From contig JAVKJW010000002.1 in assembly GCA_031458695.1 (NCBI GenBank), positions 129,728 to 193,727 of the forward strand: 64,000 nt of DNA, given 5' to 3'. Positions 37,686 through 47,732 of this stretch are shown in pieces. The position numbers and the translations under genes are program-made. Every line of letters starts with the position of its first letter. Position 1 is the first letter of the stretch. The notes beneath the pieces are model-generated. The model did not search any database, was not told the DNA's origin, and saw only the letters and a program-made list of their open reading frames with translations. This stretch comes from Candidatus Thermofontivivens primus (GTDB lineage Bacteria > Sysuimicrobiota > Sysuimicrobiia > Sysuimicrobiales > Thermofontiviventaceae).

Positions 37686-38699
37686 ATGCGTGGTGCGCCT
37701 GTTCCAAGCGAGAGGGTCATCCCCGCCACGGCCCGCTTCATCAAACCCCTGAGCGCCGTTGTGGTTCTCCTTGTCCTGCTGGTTGCCCCATGGTTTTTCA
37801 CGCCTTACCCTTTGCACATTGTGATTATGACCCTCCTGTTCGCAGCAGCAGGCTCGGCCTGGAATATCGTCGGTGGATATGCCGGCCAGCTTTCCCTAGG
37901 ACACGCAGCCTTTTTTGGCATCGGGGCGTATACAACGACGCTCTTGCAGATCCACCTGAAACTCTCTCCCTGGATTGGTATGTGGGCAGGCGCAATCTTA
38001 GCCGTGGTTGCTGCGGTTCTCATTGGTTGGGCAACCTTGCGACTGCAGGGTCCGTACTTCGCCATCGCCACGATTGCATTTGCTGAGGTTCTGCGCCTTA
38101 TGACCCTCCACCTGCGGGATTTTACGGGGGGCGCTGTGGGGCTCACCGTGCCCTATCTCGGCAACCGCCCGTGGTACTTCCAGTTTGAACAAAAGGTGTA
38201 TTATTACTATGTCATTCTCACCCTGCTCCTCCTCATCGTGGCCGTTGTCCGCCGGATGGCTTCCTCCCGCCTTGGGTACTACCTCATCGCCATTGGCCAG
38301 AACGAGATTGTCGCCGAAGCTGTCGGCGTCCCCGCAGTCGCCACAAAGATCAAAGCCCTGACCCTGAGCGCTTTCCTGACGGCATTGTGCGGAACTTTTT
38401 ACGCCCAATATATCTACTTCATCGACCCCTTCTCGGTGCTCAGCCTGGGACTTTCCATTGAGTTCGCGCTTGTGGCCATTGTGGGCGGGGTACGTACGGT
38501 TTGGGGGCCGGTGCTCGGAGCTGCCCTTCTGCGTCCCCTCACGGAGCTCACCCAAGCCGCGCTTGGGGCCACCTATGCAGGTGTGCAACTCATCGTGTAC
38601 GGGAGCTTGCTCATCCTAGTGATCCTCCTGCGACCCGAGGGCCTCATCGGGCCGGTAAGCCGGATTTACACCCGGATGATGCGCCGGCTGGAGGTGTGA
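37686..38699 (+). CDS. Branched-chain-type ABC permease (LivM-like)
   Basis: WNIVGGYAGQLSLGHAAFFGIGAY; RL.GPYFAIAT; RPEG. Confidence 0.93.
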   Translation: MRGAPVPSERVIPATARFIKPLSAVVVLLVLLVAPWFFTPYPLHIVIMTLLFAAAGSAWNIVGGYAGQLSLGHAAFFGIGAYTTTLLQIHLKLSPWIGMWAGAILAVVAAVLIGWATLRLQGPYFAIATIAFAEVLRLMTLHLRDFTGGAVGLTVPYLGNRPWYFQFEQKVYYYYVILTLLLLIVAVVRRMASSRLGYYLIAIGQNEIVAEAVGVPAVATKIKALTLSAFLTALCGTFYAQYIYFIDPFSVLSLGLSIEFALVAIVGGVRTVWGPVLGAALLRPLTELTQAALGATYAGVQLIVYGSLLILVILLRPEGLIGPVSRIYTRMMRRLEV

Positions 38700-38700
38700 G

Positions 38701-39426
38701 ATGCTTGAAGTTGAGAATTTGACAAAGCGCTTCGGCGGATTAGTGGCGGTGGATCACTTGACATTCCAGGTCGCCCAGGGAGAGATCGTGGGGGTCATTG
38801 GTCCCAACGGTTCTGGCAAGACTACCACGTTCAATCTGATCACAGGGATCTACCGACCAACCTCCGGTCGGATCCGCCTGTTTGGCATGGATATCACCGG
38901 CAGGCCTCCCCACGAGATCTGTAGGCTGGGGATCGCGCGGACTTTCCAGGTGATGCAGCCATTCCGCGAGATCACAGTCTTGGAAAACGTGCTCATTGGG
39001 GCTTTCTGTCGGACCGCTGATCCCCGTGAGGCAGAGCGCCTTGCCATGGAGGCCCTGGCATTCGTTGGTCTCGCCCAAAAGCGGGATGTCCTCGCGAAGC
39101 ACCTCCCCACCATGGACCAGCGGAGGCTCGAACTTGCCCGGGCACTCGCAACGCAACCGAAGTTGCTCTTGCTCGATGAGAGCTTGGCGGGCCTGACGCC
39201 ACGGGAGATCGATGAAGCGCTGGACTTGCTGAGGGAGACCGTTCGACGGGGGGTCACCCTTATCGTGGTGGAGCACCAGATGAGGGCGATCATGCAGCTC
39301 TGTCACCGTGTGATCGTTTTAGATTATGGAAAGAGAATCGCCGAGGGACCGCCTGAAAGTGTTGCACGTGATCCAAATGTCATCGAGGCCTATCTTGGGA
39401 GAGGGTATCGCCATGCTGTTCATTGA
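38701..39426 (+). CDS. ABC ATP-binding protein (LivG-like)
   Basis: GPNGSGKT, GIARTFQ, LLLDE, VIEAYLG. Confidence 0.94.
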   Translation: MLEVENLTKRFGGLVAVDHLTFQVAQGEIVGVIGPNGSGKTTTFNLITGIYRPTSGRIRLFGMDITGRPPHEICRLGIARTFQVMQPFREITVLENVLIGAFCRTADPREAERLAMEALAFVGLAQKRDVLAKHLPTMDQRRLELARALATQPKLLLLDESLAGLTPREIDEALDLLRETVRRGVTLIVVEHQMRAIMQLCHRVIVLDYGKRIAEGPPESVARDPNVIEAYLGRGYRHAVH

Positions 39427-40117
39427 GCGCCTAGAGGCAGGATATGGAGAAGTGAAGGTTCTCCACGAGATCTTCCTGGAGGTGCACGAGGGCGAGTGTG
39501 TCGCCCTGGTCGGAGCAAATGGGGCTGGCAAGTCCACCCTGCTGCGAGCGATCTCGGGAATGGTGCGGATTTTTTCCGGGAGGGTCCAGTTCGATGGGGT
39601 TGACATCACCCGGCTTCCCCCTTTTCAGATTGCCGCTCTGGGGATTGCCCACGTGCCAGAGGGGCGAAGGCTTTTCCCAGAACTGACCGTAGAGGAGAAT
39701 CTTTTATTAGGCGCATGGGTTGAGGAAGCCCGCCGGGTTCGTGCGGAGAGTCTGGAAAGGGTCTATACTCTCTTCCCTAGGTTGAAGGAGCGAAGGCGGC
39801 AGCTGGCTGGGACGCTTTCAGGAGGCGAGCAGCAGATGCTGGCCATCGGCCGCGGCCTGATGCTCCGGCCGCGCCTGCTGATGCTCGATGAACCCTCCCT
39901 TGGATTGAGCCCTCTCCTCGTCGAGCAGGTCTTCGATGCCCTTCGGGAGATCTCGCTCCAGAAGGTTTCCCTCCTCCTCGCCGAGCAGAACATCGTCCAG
40001 GCTTTGGGGCTGGCTACCCGTGCCTATGTCATGGAGACCGGGCGTATCGTCATGGCAGGACCTGGGCAGGAGCTGTTGCAAGCGCCGGGCCTGCGGGAAG
40101 CGTACCTGGGGTTATAA
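39413..40117 (+). CDS. ABC ATP-binding protein (LivF-like)
   Basis: GANGAGKS, VPEGRRLF, LSGGEQQM, DEPSLGL. Confidence 0.94.
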   Translation: MLFIERLEAGYGEVKVLHEIFLEVHEGECVALVGANGAGKSTLLRAISGMVRIFSGRVQFDGVDITRLPPFQIAALGIAHVPEGRRLFPELTVEENLLLGAWVEEARRVRAESLERVYTLFPRLKERRRQLAGTLSGGEQQMLAIGRGLMLRPRLLMLDEPSLGLSPLLVEQVFDALREISLQKVSLLLAEQNIVQALGLATRAYVMETGRIVMAGPGQELLQAPGLREAYLGL

Positions 40118-40163
40118 CGATCCACGATCACCCTCGGTTCTCTGGACTCTGAACAGGAGGTGA

Positions 40164-41627
40164 ATGAACATGGTGGAACGACGGGGAGTCCTCGTTGGCG
40201 GGGAGTGGCGTACCTCCGGTCGTTTAGGAGACATTCCAGACATCAACCCCGCCGATACCGCCGAGACCGTAGCTATTTTCCCAGCGATGAGCGCGGAGGA
40301 GATGGGCGATGCCATCGAAGCTGCTGTGGAGGCTCTTCCAGGTTGGCGCGCGCTCAATCCAGTGGCGAGAGGGGCCATTCTCCTGCGAGCGGCGGAACTC
40401 ATCCGGGAAAGGCTTGAAGAGATCGCACGGGACCTCACTCGAGAGATGGGGAAGACCCTCACCGAGGCCCGGGGTGAGGTGGCCCGCACGGCAGATTTCT
40501 TCCAGTACTATGGTTCCCTAGGGCGCCTGCCCATAGGGGACCACCTTCCTGATGGTCGCCCAGGAGTGTTCACGTACACCGTGCGGGAGCCCATCGGGGT
40601 CGTGGTGGCCATCACGCCGTGGAACGACCCTGCGCTCACACCCGCGCGAAAGCTGGCACCTGCTCTGATCAGTGGAAACACCGTGGTCCTCAAGCCTGCT
40701 TCCCTAACCCCTCTCTCTGCTTGGCACCTCGTCCGCGTCCTCTACGACGCGGGCATTCCGAAGGGGGTCGTCAACCTTGTCGTGGGGCCTGCCAGGGAGG
40801 CAGCGAAGGTCTTGCTTTCTCATCCAGCTGTAGCCGGGATTACCTTCACAGGTTCCACGGAGGTTGGTCTAGAGATCGCCCGGCAAGCTGCTGGCCGGAA
40901 CATCCGGGTGCAGACGGAAATGGGAGGGAAAAACGCTCTCGTCGTGTTGGCAGATGCGAATCTGGAACTGGCTGCAGAGCTCGCCGTCGCGGGAGGGTTC
41001 GGGCAGAGCGGCCAGCGTTGTACTGCGACCAGCCGGGTCATCGTAGAAGCTAGTGTACTGGAGCCATTTAAGACACACCTCCTAGAGCGGACAAAGCGCA
41101 TCCGGGTAGGCCCAGGACTGGATCCCGAGACGACCATGGGCCCTGTAGTGAGTGAAGAGCAGCTCGCGAAAGTCCTCGATGCTGTGGAGCGGGGGAAGTC
41201 GGAAGGCGCAACGGTCCTGTGGGGCGGCCACCGGCTCCAAGGCGATCGCTATGATCGAGGCTATTTCGTAGCACCCACGATCTTGGAGGGGATGGATCCT
41301 AGGGCATTCGTGGCCCAGGAGGAGATCTTCGGGCCGGTGCTCTCCCTATTACAAGCAGCGGATCTCGATGAAGCTATTGCACTGGTGAACGGCACCCGTT
41401 ACGGTTTGTCGGCAGCGATCTGTACCAAGAGCCTGGCAAATGCCCATGCTTTCGCTGCGCGGGTCGAGGTTGGCTGCGTCTCTGTGAACCTGCCCACGGT
41501 GGGTTGGGATGTCCACGTGCCATTCGGGGGGTTCAAAGAGTCAGGCTCACCCTTCAAGGAGCAGGGGCTCCCAGGGCTCCAATTCTATACGCGCCTCAAG
41601 AGTGTGGCCATGAGAGTTCAGGTTTAG
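40164..41627 (+). CDS. Aldehyde dehydrogenase
   Basis: ITPWND, FTGS, EMGGKN, GQRCTA, EEIFGP, PFGG.K.SG. Confidence 0.94.
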   Translation: MNMVERRGVLVGGEWRTSGRLGDIPDINPADTAETVAIFPAMSAEEMGDAIEAAVEALPGWRALNPVARGAILLRAAELIRERLEEIARDLTREMGKTLTEARGEVARTADFFQYYGSLGRLPIGDHLPDGRPGVFTYTVREPIGVVVAITPWNDPALTPARKLAPALISGNTVVLKPASLTPLSAWHLVRVLYDAGIPKGVVNLVVGPAREAAKVLLSHPAVAGITFTGSTEVGLEIARQAAGRNIRVQTEMGGKNALVVLADANLELAAELAVAGGFGQSGQRCTATSRVIVEASVLEPFKTHLLERTKRIRVGPGLDPETTMGPVVSEEQLAKVLDAVERGKSEGATVLWGGHRLQGDRYDRGYFVAPTILEGMDPRAFVAQEEIFGPVLSLLQAADLDEAIALVNGTRYGLSAAICTKSLANAHAFAARVEVGCVSVNLPTVGWDVHVPFGGFKESGSPFKEQGLPGLQFYTRLKSVAMRVQV

Positions 41628-41633
41628 GAGGAG

Positions 41634-42767
41634 GTGGGGATTGTGCGGATCGCGTCCATCCAGAGCCGAGCGCTTGCGGCACCCGTGGAGCGACCTCTTT
41701 ACTTTGGGATCGGTCCCTTCCCCACATTCTACGCGACCCTCGTGGAGATCGCCACGGACACGGGGATCACAGGGGTTGGCGAGTGCATCGTCCGCAAGGC
41801 CCCCCAGGTGACAAAGCAGATTGTCGATGAGATCCTCGCACCTGTGGTGATCGGGCGGGATCCATGGGATGTCGAGGGTTTGTGGCAGGAGATGTTCGAT
41901 CAGCTCCGCAGGTGGGGGCACTCCAGAGGATTTTTCCTGGAAGCCATCAGCGGGGTGGATATTGCCATCTGGGACATCTTGGGGAAGTCCGTGGGGTTGC
42001 CTGTGTCCAAGATCCTGACGGGGGTTGGCCGCGAGCGTGTCAAGTGCTACGCCTCCTCCATCTATTTTGCCGACCTCCAAAAGATGGTGGCCGAGGCAAA
42101 GGAGCAGGTTCAAAAGGGGCACACGGCGCTGAAAGTGAAGATCGGTCGTACGCCCGAGCAGGGTGGGCTGCGCATGGATGTGGAGGCGGTCCGGACGATC
42201 CGCGAAGCCGTCGGGTCAGATATTGAGATCATGGTGGATGCCAACGGCGCTTACGATGCGGCAACAGCGATCCGGGTGGGCCGGTACTTGGAGGAACTCG
42301 ATGTTGCCTGGTTTGAGGAACCGGTCCCTCCCGATGACATGGAAGGGTATGCCCGCGTACGGCAGGCTCTGCGGATTCCCATCGCCTGTGGGGAGTCAGA
42401 ATTTGGCGTCTTTGGCTTTCGGGATCTCATCCTGCGCAGGGGCGTGGACATCCTGCAGCCTGACATCGCGAGGATAGGCGGGTTTACGGGGGCGAGAAAA
42501 GTCGCTGCCCTCGCGGATGCATACCACCTTTCCATCGCCCCCCATACTGGGTTCTCCGGAGGCGTCTGCCACTTGGCGGCGCTGCATTTCGCAGCAGCAA
42601 CACCAAACTTTCTCACCTACGAGGCGATGTTCATTGAAAATCCGCTGATGGACATCTTCACCGAACCGCTCCCTCAACCAAGCCAGGGGTATATCCCTGT
42701 TCCCCAGCGGCCAGGCCTAGGTCTGGACCTCGACCGAGAGAAGATCCAGCGGTTCACTGTTTCTTAA
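41634..42767 (+). CDS. Mandelate racemase/muconate lactonizing (enolase superfamily) enzyme, second
   Basis: SGVDIAIWD..GK, KVK, DAN, EEP, GE, QPD, APH. Confidence 0.93.
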   Translation: MGIVRIASIQSRALAAPVERPLYFGIGPFPTFYATLVEIATDTGITGVGECIVRKAPQVTKQIVDEILAPVVIGRDPWDVEGLWQEMFDQLRRWGHSRGFFLEAISGVDIAIWDILGKSVGLPVSKILTGVGRERVKCYASSIYFADLQKMVAEAKEQVQKGHTALKVKIGRTPEQGGLRMDVEAVRTIREAVGSDIEIMVDANGAYDAATAIRVGRYLEELDVAWFEEPVPPDDMEGYARVRQALRIPIACGESEFGVFGFRDLILRRGVDILQPDIARIGGFTGARKVAALADAYHLSIAPHTGFSGGVCHLAALHFAAATPNFLTYEAMFIENPLMDIFTEPLPQPSQGYIPVPQRPGLGLDLDREKIQRFTVS

Positions 42768-42891
42768 GTCTTTCCTCAGACCCCTCACCCGCAAGGTGAA
42801 AGGGAACGATGGGGTTGTGTCTTCTCGGAGAAGGCATGAGCGGGGATCAGGTCGAAACTCGCTGGTGGCATCTCTTCATGGGAGGTGGACT

Positions 42892-44334
42892 GTGGTTCGC
42901 ACAGGTGAGCAATACTTGGCCGGTCTGCGGGATGGACGCCGGGTGTTCTACCGTGGGCAACTCGTCGAGGACGTCACCCAGCATCCTATCCTCCGGGTAC
43001 CATGTACCCACAGTGCGTTCCTCTTTGACCTCCAATTCGACCGTGACCTCTCGCCGCCCCTGGCCGTAGAGGACGGCCGCACAGGCGAGACAGTGTGTAG
43101 CTTCTACCAGGTCCCCACAGATAGGGAGGCGTTGCGTGGGCGCGCCGAGCTCATTGAGGAGACCACCAAACGATCAGGGGCTGTGTTCAACATCGTCAAG
43201 GTCATCGGCTCCGATGCCCTCTTCGCCCTGAGGATCGTATCACGAGCTTTGGACCAGGCCAAGGGCACAGACTACGCGGCCCGCGTTCAGGCCTACCATG
43301 AGAAGGTCTCCCGCGAGGACCTGGCGACGGTGGTGGCGCAGACAGATGTGAAGGGAGACCGCTCCCTGCGGCCCCAACAGCAACGGGATCCTGACCTGTA
43401 CGTGCGGATCAAGGAGCGGCGGCCCGACGGGATCGTCGTGCGCGGGGCAAAAGCGCACATTACCCAAGCGCCCGTTGCAGACGAGATCATCGTCATCCCC
43501 TCCAGGGCTATGACCGATGCGGACTATGCAGTTGCCTTTGCCGTCCCGGCGAACGCCCCTGGCCTGACCATGATCTGCCGTCCCCTCTTGGAGCTAGAGG
43601 GAGCCAGGCATCCACTGGAGGGGCCGCGCGTGTTGCGCCATGCCCTGGTGGAGGCGCTGGTGATCTTCGAGGACGTCTTCGTCCCCTGGGAGCGGGTCTT
43701 CCTGGCAGGAGAGACAGAGTTCGCCGGCCCCCTTGCCCACATGTTCGCCTTGTGGCACCGCTACACTGCCATTTCCTACCGCGCCGCGCAAGCCGACCTG
43801 ATCGCTGCCCTTGGGCTGGAGATCGCCGAGGCCAATGGGATTGCCGACAGGAGCCACATCCGCCGCGACCTTGTGGACTTGATCCTCTTCGCCGAGATCC
43901 AGCGCATGGCCGCGCGGGTGGCCGCCTCCGAGCACAAGGTCGATGGATTGACGGGGGTCTGCTACCCGAATCCCCTCTATGTCAACATTGGGAAACTCTA
44001 CTCCAACACCCACTACCTGAGCGCCCTCCAAGCTCTGATCGACTGTGCGGGCGGCCTGGCCATCACAGCCCCAAGCGGCGATGACTTTGCCAACCCGAAC
44101 CTCCGCCCTCTTCTGGAGAAGTACCTCGCCGGGAGCCCTCAGGTATCCAGCGAGAAGAGGTTCAAGCTCTTCCTCATGCTCCGAGAGCTCGTGGGGCTTC
44201 TTGGCGGCCTCGAGAGCGTGACCATGGTGCATGCCGAGGGCTCCATTGAGGCGAGCGTGATTGAGCTCCTGCGCACCTATGACTTCGCCTCCTCGCGGGC
44301 CCTGGTGGACCGTCTGGTAGGCGAGACAGCCTAA
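42892..44334 (+). CDS. 4-hydroxyphenylacetate 3-hydroxylase / 4-hydroxybutyryl-CoA dehydratase family flavoprotein
   Basis: RTGEQYL..LRDGR.V; AQTDVKGDRS.RP..Q.DPDLY; GIVVRGAKAH; FEDVFVPWERVF; H.EGS; GGAGG RBS. Confidence 0.9.
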   Translation: MVRTGEQYLAGLRDGRRVFYRGQLVEDVTQHPILRVPCTHSAFLFDLQFDRDLSPPLAVEDGRTGETVCSFYQVPTDREALRGRAELIEETTKRSGAVFNIVKVIGSDALFALRIVSRALDQAKGTDYAARVQAYHEKVSREDLATVVAQTDVKGDRSLRPQQQRDPDLYVRIKERRPDGIVVRGAKAHITQAPVADEIIVIPSRAMTDADYAVAFAVPANAPGLTMICRPLLELEGARHPLEGPRVLRHALVEALVIFEDVFVPWERVFLAGETEFAGPLAHMFALWHRYTAISYRAAQADLIAALGLEIAEANGIADRSHIRRDLVDLILFAEIQRMAARVAASEHKVDGLTGVCYPNPLYVNIGKLYSNTHYLSALQALIDCAGGLAITAPSGDDFANPNLRPLLEKYLAGSPQVSSEKRFKLFLMLRELVGLLGGLESVTMVHAEGSIEASVIELLRTYDFASSRALVDRLVGETA

Positions 44335-44394
44335 GAGGGGAGGAAACCCTCAAGGGCCCCACGAACCTTTGGGAGTTGGAGGGAGGGATATCTC

Positions 44395-45888
44395 ATGGCT
44401 GTGGAGGTGCAAGTGTTCAAGAACTACATTGACGGGAAGTGGGTAGACGCGAAATCGGGGAAGACCTTTGAGTCCATCAACCCCGCTACGGGGGAAGTTC
44501 TTGCCGTCGTCAGCCAGTCCGGCCCGGAGGATGTCGATGCGGCCGTTCAGGCTGCCAAGAAGGCCTTCCAGAGCTGGCGGAAGGTCCCGGCTCCGCGCAG
44601 GGCGGAGATCCTCTTCCGTGCTGCCGAGCTGCTCGTCAAGCGCAAGGAGGAGCTGGCGCGACTGATGACCCAGGAGATGGGGAAGGTCCTCCTGGAGGCG
44701 CGGGGAGATGTCCAGGAGGCCATCGACATGACCTACTTCATCGCCGGCGAAGGTCGCCGCATGCACGGCTACACGACCCCTAGCGAGATGCCCAACAAAG
44801 CCGCCTACTGTATTCGCCAGCCCATCGGGGTTTGCGGGATCATCACCCCCTGGAACTTCCCTATGGCCATCCCCAGCTGGAAGATCATCCCTGCCCTGGT
44901 GTGCGGGAACACCGTGGTGTTCAAGCCGGCGAGCTACACCCCGGTCTGCGGGATCAAGTTCGTGGAGATCTTCGAGGAAGCCGGTCTTCCCCCGGGTGTC
45001 CTGAACATCGTCACGGGCTCGGGCGGGGTGGTTGGGGATGCCATTGTGGAGCATCCTGACGTGGCCCTCATTTCGTTCACAGGCTCCACCGAGATCGGGC
45101 TGCGTATCGCTGAGAAGTGCGGGCGGTTGGGTAAGCGCGTCTCCCTCGAGATGGGAGGGAAGAACGCCATCATCGTCATGGACGACGCTGACCTGAACCT
45201 GGCGGAGGATAGCATCATCTGGGCAGCGTTCGGGACATCGGGACAGCGGTGCACCGCAGCCAGCCGGGTGATCGTCCACGAACCCATCAAGAAGGATCTG
45301 ACAGAACGGCTTGTGGAGCGGATCAAACGCCTGCGCCTTGGGGACGGGCTCCGTCCTGAGACGGATGTAGGGCCTGTGGTCAGCCTCTCGCAGCTCGAAC
45401 GGATCCACAGCTATGTGGAAATCGGGAAGCAGGAGGGGGCGAAACTCCTGGTCGGCGGGCAGAGGGTGACCGAGGGAGAACTTGCGCGAGGGTACTTCTA
45501 TGCGCCCACGCTGTTCGATGAGGTCCACCCCAAGATGCGCATCGCCCAGGAGGAGATCTTCGGGCCTGTGACCGACCTGATCCGGGCAAAGGATCTTGAC
45601 GAAGCGGTGGCCATCCTGAACGACGTCCAGTACGGCCTCTCTGCCTCCATCTTCACCCGGGATGTGAACAAGGCGATGCGCGCTATCGAGGAGATCCACA
45701 CCGGCATCGTCTACGTGAACCACGGGACCATCGGCGCCGAGGTTCACCTCCCCTTCGGGGGGACCAAGTTCACCGGGAACGGCCACCGGGAAGGCGGCGT
45801 CCAGGTTCTGGACGTATTCAGCGAGTGGAAGGCCGTGTACATCGACTATAGCGGGCGCCTCCAGCGGGCCCAGATAGATCGAGAGTGA
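44395..45888 (+). CDS. Aldehyde dehydrogenase (second)
   Basis: [44 protein letters not shown]. Confidence 0.95.
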   Translation: MAVEVQVFKNYIDGKWVDAKSGKTFESINPATGEVLAVVSQSGPEDVDAAVQAAKKAFQSWRKVPAPRRAEILFRAAELLVKRKEELARLMTQEMGKVLLEARGDVQEAIDMTYFIAGEGRRMHGYTTPSEMPNKAAYCIRQPIGVCGIITPWNFPMAIPSWKIIPALVCGNTVVFKPASYTPVCGIKFVEIFEEAGLPPGVLNIVTGSGGVVGDAIVEHPDVALISFTGSTEIGLRIAEKCGRLGKRVSLEMGGKNAIIVMDDADLNLAEDSIIWAAFGTSGQRCTAASRVIVHEPIKKDLTERLVERIKRLRLGDGLRPETDVGPVVSLSQLERIHSYVEIGKQEGAKLLVGGQRVTEGELARGYFYAPTLFDEVHPKMRIAQEEIFGPVTDLIRAKDLDEAVAILNDVQYGLSASIFTRDVNKAMRAIEEIHTGIVYVNHGTIGAEVHLPFGGTKFTGNGHREGGVQVLDVFSEWKAVYIDYSGRLQRAQIDRE

Positions 45889-45903
45889 CCGCATAGGATT
45901 CCT

Positions 45904-46569
45904 ATGCACTGGACGCGCGCGGAACTGGCCAAACTCATCGACCACGCGGTCTTGCACCCAACCCACACAGCGGAGGATGTACGCGTGGGTGCCGAGATCG
46001 CCAGGGAATTTGCGATTGCCGCCCTGATCGTCAAACCCTGCCACGTGGCTCTTGCGGCAAATCTCCTGGCTGGGAGCGGGGTTGCCTTGGGGGTGGCCAT
46101 CGGGTTCCCTCACGGCAGCCACGCCCCAGAGGTCAAAGCCTACGAGGCACGTCTGGCCCGGGACCAGGGTGCGCATGAGTTCGACATGGTCATCAACCTC
46201 GGGGCCCTTTTGGGAGGGGAGGAAGACCTTCTCCGGCGGGAGATCTCCATGGTGGTGGAAGCCGCCGAGGGCGGGCTCGTGAAGGTCATCTTAGAGACCG
46301 CATACCTCAGCGACGAGCAAAAGGTGCGGGCCTGCCGCCTCGTCGAAGAGGCCGGGGCCCACTTCGTGAAGACCTCCACAGGGTTCGGGCCCAGGGGGGC
46401 GACGGTGGAAGATGTGCGCTTGCTGCGCCAGTCCGTCTCGAGCAAGGTAAGGGTAAAGGCAGCGGGAGGGATCCGCACCCTTTCCGACGCGCTGCGGATG
46501 GTGGAAGCGGGCGCCTCGCGGATTGGCACGAGTTCGACCAAGACGATCCTGGAGGAGCTGGAATACTAA
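45904..46569 (+). CDS. deoC: Deoxyribose-phosphate aldolase
   Basis: IDH..L, IGFPHG, E.DMVIN, KVILET, FVKTSTGF, KAAGGIR, RIGTS. Confidence 0.95.
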   Translation: MHWTRAELAKLIDHAVLHPTHTAEDVRVGAEIAREFAIAALIVKPCHVALAANLLAGSGVALGVAIGFPHGSHAPEVKAYEARLARDQGAHEFDMVINLGALLGGEEDLLRREISMVVEAAEGGLVKVILETAYLSDEQKVRACRLVEEAGAHFVKTSTGFGPRGATVEDVRLLRQSVSSKVRVKAAGGIRTLSDALRMVEAGASRIGTSSTKTILEELEY

Positions 46570-46607
46570 GTTGTGGCGAGGAACCGCAGCATTGGAGGGA
46601 GGGACGC

Positions 46608-47630
46608 ATGAAGGCCGTTCGCATCCATGAGCACGGGGGTCCTGAGGTCCTCCGGTACGAAGAGGTCCCCACCCCGGAGATCAGGCCGGATGAGGTCCTC
46701 GTGCGGGTCCGGGCGTGCGCCATGAACCACCTCGACATCTGGGTCCGGAAGGGCCTTCCCAACATCCCTCTCCCACACATCCTTGGCTCCGACGTGGCAG
46801 GGGAGGTGGAGGCGGTCGGGGATCTCGTTGGGGATGTGAAGCCTGGGGACCCGGTGGTGATCTCCCCAGGGTTGAGCTGTGGGCGTTGCCAGATGTGTCT
46901 TCTGGGGCGGGACAACCTCTGCCGGGAGTACAAGATCCTCGGCGAGCACGTGGATGGCGGGTACGCGGAGTACGTGAAGGTCCCGGCAACCAACGTGATC
47001 CGCAAGCCAGAGCGCCTCTCCTTTGAGGAAGCAGCCGCCGTGCCCTTGGTCTTCCTGACAGCGTGGAACATGTTGGTGACGAGGGCTCAGGTCCGGGCGG
47101 GGGAAGATGTCCTCATCTGGGGAGCAGGGAGCGGGGTGGGAAGCGCTGCCATCCAGATCGCCAAGCTGTTTGGCGCGCGCGTCATCGCCGTCGCAGGGGA
47201 AGACTGGAAGCTTGAGAAAGCGAGGGAGCTCGGCGCAGATGTTACCCTCAACCACCGCACCCAGGATGTCCTCCAGGAAGTGCGGCATTTGACGGATAAA
47301 CGCGGTGTGGACATTGTATTCGAGCACGTTGGGGCAGCTACCTGGGATGTGAGCATCAAAGCCCTGGCCCGCGGTGGCCGCATGGTGACCTGCGGGGCCA
47401 CGAGCGGGGCGCAGGCTCAGACGGATATCCGCTACCTGTTTAGCAAGCAACTTTCCATCCTGGGGACATTTATGGGAAGCAAGGGCGAGGTCCTTGAGGT
47501 GATGCGTTTGGTGGAGGAGGGAAAGCTTCGCCCCGTCGTCCACCGCGTTTTTCCCCTCAAGGAAGCGGCGAAGGCCCACCGGGTGATGGAAGAGAGGGAG
47601 CACTTCGGTAAGCTCGTCCTTGTGCCCTGA
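46608..47630 (+). CDS. Zinc-binding MDR dehydrogenase/quinone oxidoreductase
   Basis: GGPEVL, NHLD, structural Zn CG.C..C.......C, GAGSGVG, FGKLVL. Confidence 0.92.
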   Translation: MKAVRIHEHGGPEVLRYEEVPTPEIRPDEVLVRVRACAMNHLDIWVRKGLPNIPLPHILGSDVAGEVEAVGDLVGDVKPGDPVVISPGLSCGRCQMCLLGRDNLCREYKILGEHVDGGYAEYVKVPATNVIRKPERLSFEEAAAVPLVFLTAWNMLVTRAQVRAGEDVLIWGAGSGVGSAAIQIAKLFGARVIAVAGEDWKLEKARELGADVTLNHRTQDVLQEVRHLTDKRGVDIVFEHVGAATWDVSIKALARGGRMVTCGATSGAQAQTDIRYLFSKQLSILGTFMGSKGEVLEVMRLVEEGKLRPVVHRVFPLKEAAKAHRVMEEREHFGKLVLVP

Positions 47631-47633
47631 GGG

Positions 47634-47730
47634 TAGGTTGCAGGTTGCCAGGTGAGAAAGTTCTCATGCTAACTTGCAACCTGCCAACTTGTTAACTTGT
47701 AACCTGCCAACCTGCAACCTGTAACCCGCA
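47634..47730. repeat. Head-to-head 7/8-mer tandem arrays (CAGGTTG / CAACCTG)
   Basis: AGGTTGCAGGTTG (47635) and CAACCTGCAACCT (47708) form a perfect 13-bp inverted repeat; about 8 right-arm units; between convergent genes. Confidence 0.88.
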
Positions 47731-47732
47731 CT

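Noticed and set aside
44350..46176. 608-aa minus-strand ORF
   Set aside because: Antisense shadow of the aldehyde dehydrogenase and deoC.
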